Assembly: GCA_051313645.2 (NCBI GenBank)
Contig: JBNRSN020000004.1
Location: 162,192,001 to 162,256,000, forward strand
Origin: Centroscyllium fabricii
Lineage: Eukaryota
Length of the DNA: 64,000 nucleotides
Direction of reading: 5' to 3'
In this document: positions 38,801 through 50,800 of the stretch, one piece after another
Position numbering within the stretch: the stretch's first letter is position 1
Layout of the letters: the number at the start of each line of letters is the position of its first letter
The notes under the pieces: model-generated
Told to the model about the DNA's origin: nothing
Databases searched by the model: none
The model's input: the letters and a program-made list of their open reading frames with translations, nothing else
Made by a program: the position numbers and the translations under genes

Positions 38801-41800
38801 TTTTTCTGGTTCTCCTTGGCCAGTTGTAATGTGAGTGGAACGCTGAATACAGCATCACTTGTTGCTTCAGTACTTTCAAAGTCATTGTTCACTTGTCTAA
38901 TCTGATTTGTTCTGAGCAAAGCTGTCACGAAAATCATCATTCAATCCACCACATATGCAAAACAATAACATTGCAAAATTGTACAAATTGGATTTAAATA
39001 GCAATTATGCAAACTTTACATCCTAAACAATGCCACTGCAAGGATTTAGCGCTATAATACCTACTGGTCACTTTATGCTGGGAGTTATTTTGTAACATAC
39101 AATAAAGTCAAGTAAAATGTGTTCTCTGCAGCACTTGGAAAATGACTCACCTGCAAATATCATGCATATTAATAGTTATCACAACAGCCATTTCTATATT
39201 CATAATTATTTGCATTCCTCTCCTTAGGGAATTGCTGGAGCTCCTGGTCCACAAGGAGTTATTGGTTCTTCTGGTCCATCAGTAAGTTGAATAATAATTG
39301 TACTATAAATATTTCATTGAGTAGAATGGGCCTATAATTCTCTGGAGTTAAGAAGAATTAGAGGTGATCTCATTGAAATGCATAACATTTTTAAAGGATT
39401 TGACAGGGTAGATGCTGAGAGGCTGTGTATGCCGGCTGGAGAGTTTAGAGCTATGGCTCATAAGCTCAGGGTAAGGGGTCGGCCATTTAGGACTGAGCTG
39501 AGGAAGACATTTTTCACTCAAAGGGTTGTGAATCTTTGTAATTCTCTACCCCAGAGGGCTGTGGAGGCTGAGTCAATGACAAATAATCAAAACAGAGATT
39601 GATAGATTTTCGGGCTCTAAGGGAATGAAAAGATATGGAGCTAGGATGGGAATGTTGAAGTTGAAGTTCAGCCATGATCTCATTGAATGGTGGAGCAGGC
39701 TCAATGGGTCATATGGCCTACTCCTGCTCCTATTTCTTGTGTTCTTATGTTCTTGTGTTCAACCTGACTAATGCGATATGGAATATAAATAACTAATTTC
39801 AACAACTGCTTTACTTTTCCTAGGGTATGACAGGTTTCCCAGGTCCTGCTGGTAGAGCAGGCGCTCCAGGCCCAGCAGTAAGTATTTTTTTTGATATGTT
39901 TAGTAATTAATTTGACATTATGATGAATCTGATGCACAGCATTCAAATTTCTAGAGCTACTGTTAGCAATAATGTGTATAGGGCAATATGTTTTTTCTTT
40001 GTACACTGATAACTTCTGGGTTTGTTGCTATGAATAGCAAATCCAGAATGAAGGTTTATGGTGCAAGTTCAATTCTAGTATCCATCATACCTCAATACAT
40101 AGATGGTATTACTGTGTTTAATTGCTGAAGATTTGATCTGAGGATAGTTAGGAAAGATAAGTTGATAGAATATTCCACTATTTACAGCTGTCCTCAACCT
40201 TATGGGGTCAACTTTCCCTCGGGTTTGGTGAATTGGCGGGTTTCCGGTGGGTCAGGTTTCCCACATGAATATTAAAGGGCCTCGGAGCCCCACGCAATTT
40301 TGGCTCAATTGGCCAACTGATTCTCTGCGCATGGGAACCCTTGCCAATTGACTATTTCCAGTCTGAAAGTCGTCGGGGTGCCGGCTGCTTAAAGGCCAGA
40401 GCCCCATTTCAATGCAAAGTGCTGGAGAGCCCTTTGATTGACAGCTGCTGGTCAGTTACAATGAGAAGCGCAGCACAGCCCTGTCACTGACAGCTGCTGG
40501 TCAATTTCAATGAGAGGCACAGCACAGCTCTCCCACTGACAGCAAAAAGAGCTACAAGGTGAGTTACTGAAAAGCTACATTCTCACTGAAATTGCACACC
40601 CTGGTGATACAGTTAGCCCTCCTGCAGGCTGCTGCCCAGGACTGACTTCTGGTACAGCTGATTGCATGTCATCCTTTGACTTGCAGCTGATACTCAGCAA
40701 ACAATTGTGTCCCCGCCAGGTTTCGCCGGCAGAGTTTCAAGCTGGCGGGTTATGGGTGGGGAATGTCTGAAAATAGCAAGGGCCCCTTAAAATGGCATTA
40801 TACATGCCAATTAAGGGTGCTTAAGGAGCCTAACGACCATTCCTGCTGGTCGCAGGCGGGACAGATTTGGGGCGGGCAGACACGGTGGCGGGAAATCACA
40901 AAGCGGCGGGGATCCGGCGGGAGGTGGGGGGTCGGGAACCCCCAGCTTTGCTATTTTGCACTCCGCCCCGCCGGAAAACCTGCCTCACTTAACTTGCCAG
41001 TATCTCAACGCCCAACCAATAGGGGGTGAGTTAATGTCACACAGATGTTTGTTATAAAACTTAATTTCCTCTAGTGAATTTTATCAGTCTTGGGCTAGAC
41101 AGCTAGCTTAATTACCACAAAGAAAGAAGCTACTACTTCAGAGTGGAAGAAAGAGGAAAAAGAAAACGAGGAGCACGATGCCAATATCATGTTTCTTGTC
41201 AAAAAGCAAAATACTGTGGATGCTGGAAATCTGAAACAAAAGCAAAAAATGCTAGAAATACTCAGCAGGTCAGGCAGCATCTGTGGAGAAAGGAAGGGAG
41301 TGTTTAACATTTCAGTTCTATGACCTCTTGTCAATTCTGATAAAGGGTCATAAACCTGAAACATTAGCACTACCTGTAGTTTTTATTTCATGTTTATTGT
41401 CCGCTGCTTGAATGATACCTTTTGCTGAATAATCATGGAGTTGACCATGCAGATTTAAGATTGTCTCAAAACTACATTATAAAAACCTCTGACGTTCATC
41501 TTTTGAGATTATTATACCCGTGGAGACGTTTATCTGAATATATCCCACCAAAGTTCACACAATAGCAGAGGAGGTCCATGTGTGTTTTCTGGAATACATG
41601 TTCCTCCATTTGCTAATGTTCTATATGTACATCACATAGTGCACCTTTTCAGATTTGTTTTGGCGGCAAGGCAAAAAGTATGTTTAATACAGGTTTTCTA
41701 TTAAGGAGGGAACAATAGAAATTGAGCTGGAAATTGCAGTCGGAGACTACCCGCGGGTGAATGCCTCTGAACCGCAAGAAAACTCCACACCTACCTGCTG

Positions 41801-44800
41801 CCTCCCTACCTTTGAAGATTCGGGCTCCTGGGCCTGCAGGCATATGCCCGCATAAAGGCTCACATATCCCAGATCGCAAGTTCCAGGTTTTCACGCACGT
41901 ACATCACATGCGGAAACCCGGAACTTGTGGGGCACTTATGATGGCGTGCGTACACGGTCATAGACCCCGGAAAATCTGGGCCAATATGTTATATCAGAAA
42001 GTGTAATCAAGAATATAAATATATGTGATAAATGCATTTGTGCTTTTATAGGGTCCTCAAGGTCAACTAGGTCCCAGTGGTCCATTTGGTAATCCTGGCC
42101 CACAAGGTGCAAGAGGTGATTCAGGTGGACAAGGTCGTTCAGGTGGATCAGGTCCTGCTGGTCCACAAGGTTTCCCTGGAGATAAGGGTCCAGCGGGTGA
42201 AACAGGTCCTTCTGTAAGTTACTTTGAACTTGTAGTATAGAATTTTTTCTCATGGACACAAAATTTTGAATTTCCATTACTTCCTACTTAGACACAGTTT
42301 TTACTTATGCACTTATGTGGATATTTCTGTATAGGGTGCTGCAGGCTCTCCTGGACCTACAGGTTTTCTTGGTTCGTCAGGTTTACTCGGTCTCCCAGGT
42401 ACAAGAGGCGAGCATGGTCTCCCAGGTGTCTCAGGTCCAGCCGTAAGTAAAACGCTTTTATAAAACAGTAACATCTGAAATAGTTAAGGATAAGTAGTAC
42501 CATGGTATGTTCATAGCTTCCATGCATCTGTTTGGAACAAATACAATATCCAGTATTATCAGCTTAAACCTAACTTTTAGAAATATTACATGAGGTGACA
42601 ACTTTAATGTTGTTTAATGTTTTTGTTATTCAGAAACTTAGGTACAGGTTGAAAATAATAAAGGAAACCAGATAAATCAAGAAGCTATGATTAGGTGCTG
42701 ACAAATTTGGGCTTTAAAAGTATGTAGATTGTAAGAGAGAGGAAAGATTTGGAGAAGGATTTCTACTATGCTCAATGACAATACAAATTAGTTTGAAATT
42801 AAGAACAAGAAATTGCATTTATGTATCAGTTTTAGTCAGTTTACAATTGTTTGATGCTACATTAATACTTTACACATGTACATTAAAGTAGTAATTTTCT
42901 GAGTCTGATTCCCAGCAAAGAGCCTCACTCAACAGAAGAGCATATTGGAAACGTGTTTGTTTAAATGGTTGGAAATTTGTGCAAGCCTGAATTTTTGAAA
43001 TGTGCGCATAATCTAGGCTGATACTTCAGTGCAGTACTAAGGGAGTGCTGCACTGTTTGAGGTGCCATTAAACTGATGCCCCATTCCTTGTACAGGAGGC
43101 TGTAAAAGACCCTGTGGCATTTTTTTACTGGTGCTCTTCCGGTGTCCTGACCAACATTCTCTCTCAGCCAACACCACCAAAAAACAGATTAACTGGCCAT
43201 TTGTCTCATTTGCTATTTGTAGGATGTTGCTGTGTGAAAATTCACTGCCACATTTCCACACAAAACCAACAGCAACTATCCCTAAATTAATTTGTGAAGC
43301 ACACTGGGATATTCTTAGAATGCAAAAGGTGCTATATAAAGGCAAGTCTTTTTTTGTCATGTGCTCGCGACAACCGAGGATTCCCACCAAGAAATTGGAC
43401 ATAGAAATGTATCCCTCAAGAGTGCTAGCAAGACTTTGTGGGAGGTTGTTGGTTTAGGCTATTGATGCAGAGCAAGTGGTGTTAGGTGATTGTTCCAGGT
43501 TGGGTTGTTCCCCACTGTGGGGTTTTAGAGTGAGTTGTTGCACTTTCACTTTCTGGTCACGCTGGTTAGCTCTTTTAAGGGGGAGAATTACCAACCAGTG
43601 CAACTAGAACACCTATTATATGATTCTTAAATATTTAAGTTGGGAATATGGGACTGATTTTCCAGCGAGTAACAGCATGTAGCCCTAGTCGGGAAATTAT
43701 GAACCTGCAGCCCCGATTTTCTGTTTATTCATTTAAATAGATAGAAAATTAGGGGCTGCCGACCTGTAATTCCTTAAACACTCCCTGCATGGCTCTCCAG
43801 AAATTCCTAAATATGGAATCAGCTTTTATGTTTACTCCCTCTAGAATATTTATTTCAAATATACTACCATTACTATTATTATCCACATCAAAAGACCCAC
43901 TTTTTTTATACGTTTTGAACCATTCTGGAATAAATGTGTAAAAATGACAACAATCACACTGAAGTCTCAATATCAAAGGTCAGTAAGCTGCTTTCTAGGG
44001 GCTTCCCATATATGGTAGCATTTGAAGTTGTAATGAAATGGTATATTAAAAACAGTATTTCACAATTTAGCCATCAAGGAATAGCTTTTTTAGTACTATA
44101 CAGTATTCAATCTTTCATTAATGAGCATATTTACCCCTTTTAAGACAAAATAGCTGAAATTCTATGGAGGTGCTATTGGTCTCTCACCATAACTCCAACA
44201 GCGGAGTGGCAGAGCCCCTGGGAACAGTGGAAACAGTTGTTTTCAGCTGCATATGTCATTTCCCTGAGGTTCCAGTTTCTTGCTGGAGTTATGCAAGAAC
44301 CTCTGCGTAATTTTTGTAGAACCTTTCCGCTAGACTTGAGTGCTGGAATACTGCCTATGTTTTTGAAATATTTTGCTTTCTGTTTGAGACATTCCCACTA
44401 AGATACTTCTGTATTTAATCTTATTTCTTTGATATTTATTTCTAGGGTCTACCTGGTCCAGCAGGTCCTGCAGGTCAGCATGGTGTCCGTGGTTCAGCTG
44501 GTGCAGTTGGTCCTGGTGGTCTGACTGGCCAACATGGTGAAGCTGGTCGTGATGTAAGTGAATGAGCAAATCACTATTACCAATGCTGTTATTGCATACA
44601 TGATATCCTAAACAGGTAAATAACATACTGCACAACATTACATAATCCTTTTTCTTCATTTCTATTTTGCTTTTAAGGGAAATCATGGTAATGATGGTCC
44701 TCCTGGTCGTGCTGGAGCTGCTGGACCTAAGGTATGTGCAGTCCTAAGAGCTACCATCAAAAAGGTTATAGTTTTTGACCTAATACCACATCACTTCTTT

Positions 44801-47800
44801 AATGATTAACTGGGTTATTTTTCTTTCTCTCTCTCTTGTATTCAGGGTGAACGTGGTGAAAGTGGAAGAGTAGGCACACCTGGTGCAGGAGGTCAACCTG
44901 GTACCCATGGTCACGTAGGTCCAGTTGGCAAGACTGGCAACCGTGGTGAGGGTGTAAGTTTACAGTTTCATTTTTCTTTAAAATCAGGAGATGTGCAGTC
45001 GTAGATTTAAGTCTTACATTTTGTAATTTATCAAGAAAAGTAATTATTTGTTTCCTTTAACAACAGGGTCCAACAGGTGCAACTGGTGCACTTGGTCCAT
45101 TGGGTCCAAGAGGCCTTCCTGTGAGTACATGTTCAAGCAGCTGTATATCATTCATATTTATAGAGAAAGGATGATGATTTAGGCTTCACTATGTCTCCCC
45201 CTATGCCTGGGGAACATTTCACAAGTGCTATGGAGAGGAAAAGGGGCGGAGAACCTGATATGTTGGGGTTTATGTTGCATGCGGATTTGTGGGGATTCCC
45301 CAGAGAAACAGAGCAGGATCTGCATCTGAAATATGTCACAGGTCCAGCATTGGCATGATAATGATGTGGGAAGGGGCATTTCCAGCTCTCCCACCTCAAT
45401 TTTCTCTGCTAATTTTCAAGAAATATCCACTTACAATTGTGCCCCAAGAACCTGCCACTCGGCTTTGCATGAGGATCCCCCTCAGATTGAAGGGGGTAAG
45501 GCAAAAAGGCAAAGAAGGACCAACAGGTAAATGTCCTTTTTATGGTAGGTACGATTGGATTCAGCCTCAAGACCTTTTTCTGCTGTTCTTCAACAGCAGC
45601 CTGAAGGTAGCAGCTAGGCCCACAGCTGCAGGCCTCTCAGGCCTTTAATGACGCTCCTGTTTCCACCCTCTAATTCTAGATGTGGAGCCCTACTGGGGGT
45701 CTTTTTGGTCTATTGGTTTGTATTTGTAATTTTATTCTATTTCTTTTTCATATGATATCAACAATTAAGTATTTCTATTATTCATTTTATAGGGCCCACA
45801 AGGTCCACGTGGAGAAAAGGGTGAAACTGGTAATGCAGGTGTCAGAGGTCTGAAAGGATTAAGAGGACCTGGTGGCTTGCAGGGTCTTCCTGGTCTTTCT
45901 GTAAGTAATCTTTATGATTCTTGATTTTCCCACCCCCAACCTGTTTTCTATTGTTCTCCGTGACAAAATTCCTAATTGATTTCCTTACCTTACTAGGGTA
46001 TTTCTGGTGAACCTGGTTCTCATGGTAGTGCTGGTCCTTCTGGCCCAAGGGTAAGTAAAGAAATACCTGTTTCATGATTCTACTGATCAGTCATTTGTAA
46101 TAGAGAACAAATACACTAATAGTAAAATAAACTGCTGTATCCATTGCTTCCAGGGTCCATCTGGTCCTGCTGGACCTTCTGGCAAAGATGGTGTAGCCGG
46201 GCATGCTGGTCCTATGGGTCCTGTTGGTCATCGTGGGCGTCCTGGTGATCATGGTCCTGGCGTAAGTTGAAATTTATAATCAGATGACTATATATTTTTT
46301 CCATTTATATGCAATACAAGGGCCTCCTCCTTCGTGCATCAATAGCATAATGAAATGTGACATTGAACCCTACACCAGGTCCAGAGATCCCTGCTGCAAA
46401 GTGGCTTGTGCATGGCTGTTGGGTGACAACAGGATTAAGCATGACTGTGAGGCCCACATAATTAAATAGCCACTGAATTGCTGTCCAGGCTCACACTAAA
46501 AGAATGGCCACTTATTGTCCATATTGTCCATATAGAAGAATGGATATTTGGCAAGAGAACCCACACCCACTGGAGTGTAATGGGAGGAAACTGAAGCGAA
46601 AAATGCAATCTGAATGAATATTTAAATATTAATGTCCTCCAGATTCCCTGTTAGAAATAATAGTTTTTGTTCTGATTGTTCATATAACCAAGTTGCTATA
46701 ATACTCGATCTAAGCGAAGAAAAAGTGTACTTAAATTGTTTCTTCTCGCATCTCTCAGGAACATCTTAAATCACTTACTTGAAATGTGCATGGCAGCCAT
46801 TTTACACAGAACAAGATCCCACAAAAAAGGTGGATGTCCAGTTGGTCTGTTATTTTTGATGGTATTGGTTGAGGGAGTAATTAATACCAGAATAATAGGT
46901 AGTGGCATGGGATCTTTAACATTCTCAGTTTAACATCACATCCAAAGGACAGTACTTCCAACAACTTAACATTCCCTCAGTCAGCCTAGTTTATGCACTG
47001 AAGTCCTGTGAGCAAGGCTTGAACCACAACTGGAGGCCAGCGATGCTGTCACCATGGCCAGATTTACTTCACTTGACGTTGTACACCCTGGCTGCCACAT
47101 GATGTGCCAGGTTAACACCACCCCACGCCATCACCATAAAGCATTCCTACAATGACCAAGCCATTTGTTTCACACTCATCACCATTGCGGGGGATACCGT
47201 TATGTCTCACCATTCACTGCAACTCACTAAGATACTTCCAAAGGTGAGCACAGATCTATACAATAAGGCAAAGTGTTGAAAATAAAGAGTTCAATATCTG
47301 ACAACACTTTAACAGAAGCTTTACATGAACATTGCAAAGCACACCCAAGTGCCTACTTTTGTGTGTTGTTAGTTGGTATGAGTGCTCTAGGATGAGTGTG
47401 AGGGGTGGCTAGTGAGATGGGGAAGTGATAATGTAGACAGAGAGGGATGGGTGGAGATGCAAGGTAATTTGGTGTGAAAAAGGATGTGCAGGGGTAGGGT
47501 AGGGAAGGCAGAGTTATGGGGATGTGATGAGAGACATAGCAGGATAAGGTTGAATGTGGCTTTGCAGTAACGTTTCATGATCTACTGAGATCATTGAAAG
47601 ATTTGCGCCATTGCAGCCAGGTCCTCCTGACAACATCTCTGCTTTTGCCTTCCTGTGCAATGTGCAACCAGGCTGTGTTGGTCTCCTGGGGAGGTCTCTT
47701 CCGCCCCTGAAAGGGAAGAGAACCTCCCTGCGGGCTGTGACTCCCTCCATAAGCTTATGGAGGGAGTTATTGGAGAGCCTGGGTGCAACCGTGCATCTTT

Positions 47801-50800
47801 GTGCAGTGATTGTCAGTGTTTGCAGAACCGCACTGCTGTAGAACAGAGGTCCCCAACCGGCGGTCCGCGGGACAGTTTTACCGGTCCGCGGAAGGGTCTG
47901 TGAATCGGCGCATGCGCAGATCATTCGCCAACGGTCCGCGGAAGGGTCTGTGAATCGGCCGACGGAAGACGTCTAACGAGGCACAGACGGAAGACAGCAC
48001 CCCCCCCGGTCAGTGAAAAAAACTCCGCCAGCACACCCCCCCCCCCCCCCCGGTCAGTCAAAAACCTCCACCAGCACCGCCCCCCCCGGTCAGTCAAAAA
48101 CCTCCGCCAGCACCCCACCCCCGGTCAGTCAAAAACCTCCGCCAGCACCACCCCCCCGGTCAGTCAAAAAAACTCCGCCAGCACCACCCCCCCCCCGGTC
48201 AGTCAAAAACCTCCACCAGCACCCCCGCCCCCCGGTCAGTCAAAAACCTCCGCCAGCACCCCCCCCCGGTCAGTCAAAAACCTCCGCCAGCACCACCCCC
48301 CCGGTCAGTCAAAAAAACTCCGCCAGCACCACCCCCCCCCGGTCAGTCAAAAAAACTCCGCCAGCACCCTCATCCCCCCCTCCCCCGGTCCGTGAAAAAA
48401 GTGACAAGCCCAAAATGGTCCGCGGTCCCAAAAAGGTTGGGGACCCCTGCTGTAGAACACTGATAGCACAACTGTCAAAATGAATGTGGCCATGATCCCT
48501 TTAAGGAAATCGGCTGATGAAGCATCATCAAATGATGTCATCAGACCTGCTTCATTTTAATTGGCTGGAAATCTCACAGGGCAAGCTCAACAAGACCTAT
48601 TAACAGAAAATCCGTTTTACACTGCGGCTGCAGCTGAGAACGGGACCGGAACCCGCCAACCACCTCTCCTGCCGCAAACCCGCCTCCACTGGCGAAATCG
48701 CGGGCAAAGTTTCTGTTGGCCCAATTCAGAGTACACACACTTTCCCATAAGGACACATGAGAGGACTTAGGCACAGGTTGACAAGGTTAAGGGATGGGAG
48801 CCCTGAGTTGTACACATGGGTACTGCTGGAGTTTCACCAGCTAAAATCACAGTCTGTCTGGACTAAGCCTCTCCCCACTGCTTATCCATCCAAACCACTC
48901 TATCCACAGGTCATTAGCTTGCAGGGTTAACTAGGATCTGAAAGGGAGGAATTCCAGCTTCTGGTGAGCTAGCTTGGTTGGTCAATCATCAGTATTGCCT
49001 TGGAGTACAGCGCATCAGCCTGGTTCGGGTTTTTGATTACCAGAACAGCCACAAAGGGTTACATAGAAACATAGAATATAGGAGCAGGAGTAGGCCATTC
49101 AGCCCTTCAAGCCTGCTCCGCCATTCAGTGAGATCATGGCTGATCATCCAAACCCAGTACCCTGTCCCTGCCTTGTCCCCATATCCCTCGATCCCTATCG
49201 AGCCTGCACCGACACATATCCCACCCTATCCCCATAACCCCACATATTCAATCCCCCTAACACTAAGGGTCAATTTATCCTGGCCAATCAACCTAACCTG
49301 CACATCTTTGGACTGTGGAAGGAAACCGGAGCACCCGGAGGAAACCCACACAGACACGGGGAGAATGTACAAACTCCACACAGATAGTACCCGAGGCTGG
49401 ATTTGAACCCGGGTCTCCAGTGCTGTAAGGCAACAGTGCTAACCACTATGCCACTGTGCCGCCCCATGATAACATATCTGGTTGATTTTCTATCACCAGA
49501 TATGTTATCATGGAGCCATCTTGTCCCTAAGCGGCCCTGCTTACCTCTCTCCTCTACCTTTTTTATTTGTTGATGGGATCTGGGTGTCACTGGCAAGGCC
49601 ATCATTTATTGCCCATCCCTAATTGCCCTTGAGAACGTAGTGGTGAGCCACCTTCTTGAACCGCTGCAGTTCGTGTGGTGAAGGTACTCCCACCATGCTG
49701 TTAGGGAGGGAGTTCCAGGATTTTGACCCAACGACAATGAAGGATCGGCGATATGCTTCTAAGTCAGGATGGTGTGTGACTTGGAGAGGAACGTGAAGGT
49801 GGTGGTGTTCCCATGCACCTGCTGCCCTTGTCCTTCTAGGTGGAAGAGGTTTGGGAGGTGCTGCAGTGCACCTTGTAGATGGTACACACTGCACCCACGG
49901 TACTCCAGTGGTGGAGGGAGTGAATGTTTAAGGTGGTGGATGGGGTGCCAAACAAGCGGGCTGCTTTGTCCTGGATGATGTCGAGCTTCTTGAGTGTTGT
50001 TGGAGCTGCACTCATCCAGGCAAGTGGAGAGTATTCCATCACACTCCTTACTTGTGCCTTGTAGATGGTGGAAAGGCTTAGGGGAGTCAGGAGGTGAGCC
50101 CCCCCCCCCCCCCCACCAGAATACCAAGCCTCTGACCTGCTCTTGTTGCCACAGTATTTATGTGGCTGGTTCAGTTAAGGTTCTGGTCAATGGTGACCCC
50201 CCAGGATGTTGACAGTGGGGGATTCAGCGATGCTAATTCCATTGAATATCAAGGGGCAGTGGTTTCTTGCTTGTTGGAGATTGTCATTGTCTGGCACTTG
50301 TGCGTCGCGAATGTTACCCGCCACTTATCAACCCAAGCCCAAGTGGCAGGTAACTTTCCACCTCAAGGAAGGTAATCATTATCTGGTAATTAGACAACTG
50401 ACAAGTATGAGTTTTGGTTGGTGCTAAACTCTCTTATTTCTGAAAATATAAAGCAACATTTCTCTAAAGAAATGAAAATTGTAGAATCATCTAAAACCTC
50501 TGTGAGGAGCAATTGTATGATGGCAGAGAATAGCATACAGGTAATTTGTCACATGAGAGTCAACTCAAAATAGACAAATAATTTCTAAACCTTGCCTTTT
50601 TAGGGTCCTCCTGGCCCACCCGGCTCTGCTGGCTTCGCAGGTGCTGCTGGTGGTCAGTATGAAGTGAGTTACGATCACGAGTATTACAGAGCTGATCAAC
50701 CAGCTGCAGTAAGAGAGAAGGATGTTGAAGTTGATGCCAAACTGAAAATTTTGACCTATCAGATTGAGAACATCCGCAGCCCTGAAGGCTCAAGGAAAAA

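Larger units (their letters stand above)
47040..48722 (-). mobile_element. Harbinger-type element relic with Myb/SANT-like ORF, interrupted by a hAT MITE
   Basis: [25 protein letters not shown]...[13 protein letters not shown]; homologous to 59980-60220; left boundary approximate. Confidence 0.6.

Noticed and set aside
41936-42277. Antisense ORFs over collagen exons (also 44330-44686, 24350-24649, 45842-46075)
   Set aside because: Shadow ORFs caused by the periodic GGN codons on the + strand.
45490-45530. Possible additional collagen exon (KGKEGPTG followed by caggtaaat)
   Set aside because: Only two or three triplets in register, no suitable acceptor, not a 45/54-bp unit; lies in repeat-like intronic sequence.
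48013-48483. 156-aa proline-rich extensin-like ORF
   Set aside because: Arises from the C-rich minisatellite inside a hAT MITE.
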